From Chiloscyllium plagiosum (lineage: Eukaryota), in contig NC_057751.1 of assembly GCF_004010195.1 (NCBI RefSeq), positions 10,958,617 to 10,984,255 of the forward strand: a stretch of 25,639 nt of DNA, given 5' to 3'. The translations under genes were made by a program, and so were the position numbers. Positions 20,934-25,639 of the stretch are shown piece after piece. The first letter of the stretch is position 1, and every line of letters starts with the position of its first letter. Below the pieces are notes generated by a model. It worked only from the letters and a program-made list of their open reading frames with translations. It had not been told where the DNA came from and ran no database searches.

Positions 20934-21094
20934 AGCCTCCGAGCAAACAATATTACAAGAAAGAGAATAAATAACGATAACAAGCCTGTGTGAGCAGGAA
21001 TCTCTCCCTCTCTTACTGTACGCGATCCACTTAGGTTGCAAGGATAGCAGATTGATCCTAACCATTTGGCGAAGTTTTCAGCATGTGAAGCATG

Positions 21095-21979
21095 CTCACA
21101 TGCTCCAGCATTTTGAGATCAAGGAAGTGGTGGTGTTGGGTGTCCTGAAGAGCATTGAGGTGGACACGTCCCCATGGTATCTCCCCAGGTTGTTGAGAGA
21201 GGCAAGATATGTGATTGCTGCGGACTTGACTAAGACCTTTGTATCCTCATTAGCAACTGGAGAGGTCTCACAAGACTGGTGAGTAGCTAATGTTGTTCCT
21301 CTGTTCAAGAAGGTTAATAGGTATAATTCCAGGAACGGGTGAGTCTACATCAATGGTTGGGAAGCTATTAGAAATAATTCTTCGAGATAGGATTTATACA
21401 CATTTGGAAAAGCACAGCCTAATTACGGACAGTGAGCAGGGCTTTATGTGGGCAGGTCATGTCTTTTAAGTTGACTAAATGTTTCAAAGAGGTGACAAAG
21501 GTGATCTAGGAGGGTAGAGCAGTGGATATTGTCTACCGTGATTTCGACAAGGTCCCTCATGGTAGGCTCATCCACCAGATTAACGTGCATGGGATCCACA
21601 GTAACTTGGGCACATGGATTCTGAATCAGTTTCTGAATCCTTGCAGAGGGCAAGGCAGAGGGTGGTGGTGGAAAAGTATTTTTCAGGCTGGAGGTCTGTG
21701 ACTAGTGGTGTTCCACAGGGGTCCATACTGGGATCTCTGCTGTTTGCGATTATATGAAGGAGATATGAGGAGCAAGTTTTATTTACACAGAGTTCGAAGA
21801 ATCGGTAACGTGCTTCCATGGGTGGTGGTGGAGGCAGATATGATCGGGGCGTTAGAGAATAAGCACATGAATAAGCAAGGAAGAAAGGAACAGACTAAGG
21901 GCAGGCAGAAGGGATTTTCGCATCATGTTTGGCACAACATCGTGGGTTGAAGGGCCCGTTCCTGTGCTGTACTGTTCTA
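21095..21979 (+). mobile_element. 5'-truncated, internally deleted CR1 LINE
   Basis: SSLATGEVSQDW..ANVVPLFKK, FDKVPHGRL, VTSGVPQGSILGSLLF, then a jump (~21755) to the ORF2 C-terminus and tail gaagggcccgttcctgtgctgtactgttcta. Confidence 0.85.
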
Positions 21980-22168
21980 AGTAATCAATCTTATTTGGCC
22001 ATTCCAGACTTTGTGCTTCTGGCTTACATGCTATGACACAATCCACACCAGCACAACATCTCCCTTTCAAAACAAGAATCAAAGGGGGAGCAAAAACTCA
22101 TCAGCAGTCTTTTACTAAGATCAGATTTTACGAAGGAACGCCAATGCAAATTTTTGAAAGGCAAATTT

Positions 22169-22243
22169 AGGATATCTGAGCGGCATAGACGAGATGGACT
22201 GAAAGGTCTGTTTCTGTGCTGCACATCTCTTATGACTCTATAA
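22169..22243 (+). mobile_element. CR1-type 3' tail fragment
   Basis: gcatagacgagatggactgaaaggtctgtttctgtgctg...tatgactctat, similar to the tails at ~21930-21979 and ~17263-17330 (reverse). Confidence 0.65.
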
Positions 22244-22314
22244 CATAGTCGTTCTCTCAAACTCATCCCATACAGGCAATGTCCCAGGAACCACAAACAA
22301 AAAAGCCCCAACCA

Positions 22315-22499
22315 ACTGCAGATGCTGGAAATCAGAAACAAAAACATAAATTGCTGAAAAAACTCAGGTCTGACAGTTTATGTGGAGAGAAAGCAGAGTT
22401 TATATTTCAGCATCCAATGATCCTTCCTCAGAACTTCTGCTTTCTCTCCAGATTTGCTGCCAGACCTGCTGAGTTTTCCCAGCAATTCCTGTTTTGTTC
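22315..22499 (-). mobile_element. Older Penelope-like palindromic element with decayed hammerhead
   Basis: Imperfect inverted arms (aaacaaaaac...attgctg...aactc...tggagagaaagcaga / tctgctttctctcca...gagtttt..cagcaatt...gttttgtt). Its tail reverse-complements to ctgatttccagcatctgcag, as in 19351-19370. Minus strand reads CUGAGGA...GAAAUAUA (22395-22433). Confidence 0.7.
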
Positions 22500-22529
22500 C
22501 CGGAAACAAACATTACCTTTCATCACTAT

Positions 22530-23526
22530 TGAGGCAGCATCCGAGGAGCAGGAGAACCGACTGACTCCCCCAGCTACCTAAATTACACCTCCTCCCACCC
22601 TGCCCCTTGTAAAAACGCCATCCCATATTCCCAATTCCTTCGCCTCTGCCGCATCTGCTCCCAGGAGGACCAATTCCACTACCGAACAACCTAAATGGCC
22701 TCCTTCATCAAAGGCCACAATTTCCCCTCCGACATGGTCAACGATGCTCTCCACTTCCCGCACCTCCGGCCTTGAACCACGCCCATCCAATCGCCACCAG
22801 GAACAGAACCCCACTGGTCCTCACCTACCACCCCACCAACCTCCGGATACATCGTATCATCCTCCGTCATTTCTGCCACCTCCAAACAGACCTCACCACC
22901 AGGAATATATTTCCCTCCCCACTCCTATCAGCGTTCCAGAGAGACCACTCCCTCCGCGACTCCTTCGTCAGGTCCACACCCCCCACCAACCCAACCTCCA
23001 CTCCCAGCACCTTCCCCTGCAACCGCAAAAAAGTGCAAAACTTGTGCTCTCACCTCCCTCCAAGGCCCCAATGGATCCTTCCATATCCGTCGTAAATTCA
23101 CCTGCACCTCCACACACATCATTTACTGCATCCGCTGCACCCGATGTGGCCTCCTCTATATTGGGGAGACAGGCCGCCAACTTGCGGAACGTTGTGCTTA
23201 AGCTAGGACAAATGTTCGGCACAACATCGTGGGCCGAAGGGCCTGTTCTGTGCTGTATTGTTCTATGTTCTCTCTGCCCCCACCCCCTCTCCGGCCTACC
23301 ACCCTCACCCTCACCTCCTTCCACCTATTGTAATCCCAGCACCCCTCCCCCAAATTCCCTCCCCCCTACATTTTATCTCAGCCCGCTTGGCACACCAGCC
23401 TCATTCCTGAAGGGCTTATGCCCGAAGCGTCAATTCTCCTCCTCCTCGGATGGTGCCTGGCCTGCTGTGTTTTTCCAGCACCACATTTTTCAACTCTGAT
23501 GTCCAGCATTTGCAGTCCTCACTTTC
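22530..23526 (+). mobile_element. 5'-truncated Penelope-like element (RT C-terminus, GIY-YIG endonuclease, pLTR)
   Basis: PTDSPSYLNYTSSHP..CKNAIPYSQFLRL.RICSQED, PLVLTYHP, FTCTSTHIIYCIRCTRCGLLYIGETGRQL. Inverted pLTR stub at 22532-22556. Perfect 15-bp TSD ACCTTTCATCACTAT (22515-22529, 23527-23541). Confidence 0.9.
23190..23271 (+). mobile_element. CR1-type 3' tail inside the PLE, replacing the rest of the GIY-YIG domain
   Basis: ggcacaacatcgtgggccgaagggcctgttctgtgctgtattgttctatgttct, nearly the same as 21931-21979. Confidence 0.75.
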
Positions 23527-23949
23527 ACCTTTCATCACTATGTCCTGTTCCAACACCAGTGAGGTATAGTTTGGATGGAACCACCCAAACAGTTCTCGAC
23601 TGGAACTCTGAAACCTCTCAAATTTGTTGACACAAGGTCAAAGATACTTCCCGCCACCCCCTACTCCTCAGCTGATGAATCATTATTCTTTATGTTCAAT
23701 GCCATTGGTGGGAAAACCTATGGGTGGTGAGAGCATACAATGTATTCTGGACATGTGACTTAAACGTCCATAACCAACAGCTTAGCAGCACCACAACTGA
23801 CTGAAGTGAAGTCCGAAAGGACATAGCAGCGAGCTGAGGTTTGTGACAGACGGTAAAGGAAACAAGGAAAATTTTATTAAATGGCATTCTCACCATTCTA
23901 TGTGATGATTGGTATCTTCCAAAAATGCTCGTCCATGACAGTTTGGAGA

Positions 23950-25639
23950 GAGAGAGACACCTTGTTTGTGACAACTGCATAAACATTGTGCACATCGTGA
24001 GGGCAGTGCAGGAGAGACAGACAGACAGACAGAGAGAGAACCTGCACAGTTACTGCCTTTGCTGTTTTTGAATTCATGTGTCACTGGACATCGGTGTGCA
24101 TCTGGGAAAATTAATCTTGGAGGAACTGGTTTGGGCGAAGTTCACAACACAGAGTCAGATAAGTTAATTGTTGTTTTAAGTCTATCCAACACAAAGGCTG
24201 TATTAGTGAGTACAGTGGGTTATTTCTTGATTATATGTTTTTGGAGATAAGGCTCTTGATTAAACTTAAAATATAAGCCATAGCTATTAATTTAACCTGG
24301 GGCAGTATTTTGTAGAGGAATAAAACGGTGTTATTTTCTGGGTCTGTAGATTTTGAAGGAGCAAAAATGGCCTTTGCAGTGATATGTATTTCTTGTCAGA
24401 TGTGGGAGTTTAAAGAGAGTTTAAGGGTTACTGCGGATTATATCTGCCATAAATCTTATCAGATCGAGTTGGAGAGACAGATAGAAGCGATGAGGAATTT
24501 GAAACAGCAACAGTATGTGATGGATGGCAGTTTTTGGAAGGGGGGAAGTCTCAGATACAGTCACATAGATGGGTTAACTCCAGGAAGGGTAAGACAGGTA
24601 GGCAGCTAGTGCAGGAGTCTTTTGAGGATAGACCCATTTCAAACAGGTATGCTGTTTTGGAAAATATAGGGGGTGATGGATTCTCAGGGGAACGTAGCAC
24701 GAACAACCAAGTTTCTGCTATGGAGACTGGCTCTAATGCAACGAGGGGTAAGTCGGCTTCCAAGAGATCAATTGTGTTCGGGGATTCTGTCGTCTGAGGT
24801 ACAGACAGACGTTTCTGTGGCCAGCAGAGAGAAAGCAGAATGGTGTGTTGTTTCCCTGGTGCCAGGATCGAGGATGTCTCAGAGAGGGTGCAGAATGTTC
24901 TCACGTGGGAGAGGGGCCAGGAAAAGGTCATTGTCCACATTGGAACCAACGACATTGGAAGGGAAAAGGTTGAGATTCTGAAGGGAGATTACAGGGAGTT
25001 AGGCTGAAATTTAAAAAGGAGTTCCTCAAGGGTAGTAATATCTGGATTACCCCCAGTGCTACGAGCTAGTGAGGGCAGGAATAGGAGGATAGAGCAGATA
25101 AATGCATGGCTGAGGAGCTGGTGTATGGGAGAAGGATTCACATTTTAGGATCATTGGAATCTCTTTGGGGTAGAAGTGACCTGTACAAGAAGGATGGATT
25201 GCACCTAAATTGGAAGGGAACTAATATACTGGCAGGGAAATTTGCTCGAACTGCTCAGGAAGATTTGAACTAGTAAGGTGGGGGCGTGGGACCCAGGGTG
25301 ATAGGGAGGAAAGAGATCATTCTGAGACTGGTACATTTGAGAACAGAAGTGAGTCAAACAGTCAGGGCAGGCAGGGACAAGGTGGGACTAATAAATTAAA
25401 CTGCATTTATTTCAATGCAAGGGGCCTAACAGGGGAGGCAGATGAACTCAGGGCATGGTTTGGAACATGGGACTGGGATATCATCGCAATTATAGAAACA
25501 TTGCTCAGGGATGGGCAGGACTGGCAGCTTAATGTTCCAGGATACAAATGGTACAGGAAGGATAGAAAGGGAGGCAAGAAAGGAGGGGGAGTGGCATTTT
25601 TGATAAGGGATAGCATTACAGCTGTGCTAAGGGAGGATA
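23950..25639 (+). mobile_element. CR1 LINE 5' end: 5' UTR, ORF1 (zinc finger + SGNH/GDSL esterase) and start of ORF2 endonuclease; runs off the window
   Basis: ORF1 from ATG 24367 (CISCQMWE; IVFGDS; CCFPGARIEDV; VHIGTNDI; DGLHLN) to TAG 25271-25273, with stops and frameshifts. ORF2 LNCIYFNARGL...WDIIAIIET...GGGVAFLIR from ~25400. The 5' boundary is approximate. Confidence 0.88.

Larger units (their letters stand above)
22244..23945 (+). mobile_element. Ancient LINE endonuclease fragment (related to 9861-13110), split by later insertions
   Basis: Pieces 22244-22290 (IVVL...GNVP), 22500-22529 and 23527-23945 (ITFHHYVL, PSADES-like, V.RAYNVFW..DLNVH) follow the same order as the EN region at 12130-12660 (-). 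Confidence 0.5.

Noticed and set aside
22744..23499. 251-aa proline-rich ORF, the longest in the track
   Set aside because: Off-frame read-through of the C-rich Penelope remnant, CR1 tail and pLTR; the true PLE motifs lie in other frames.
1..25639. CRISPR array, retron or other prokaryotic RT system
   Set aside because: Spliceosomal exons and vertebrate retroelements explain all RT fragments, and there is no regularly spaced repeat array.

Overview
Eukaryotic (vertebrate) genomic DNA, repeat-rich. The repeat families look like those of a cartilaginous fish/shark (inference from recognition, not a search). The only host gene visible is the 3' end of the H3K36 methyltransferase NSD3 (WHSC1L1) on the - strand. 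Its last two coding exons (16456-16660, 6892-7139) encode PHD5-C5HCH, followed by a probably long 3' UTR. The last intron holds a decayed two-LTR Ty3/Gypsy element (8527-16107; ACTG TSD, tRNA-Pro PBS, PPT) with the Gmr1-type order integrase-RT-RNase H. That element is itself interrupted by a ~3.2 kb EN-RT LINE with a tRNA-like Pol III head and an internal inverted duplication. The upstream intron holds CR1 LINEs, a tRNA-Lys pseudogene directly followed by a histone H2B pseudogene, and Penelope-like elements (PLEs). Three short PLE-derived palindromes and one GIY-YIG PLE carry minimal hammerhead ribozyme cores in various states of decay. Three of the four have 12-16 bp target-site duplications. 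No intact novel protein-coding system is evident. The best leads are the hammerhead palindromes, the tRNA-headed LINE with its short derivative, and the tRNA-Lys/H2B cassette.
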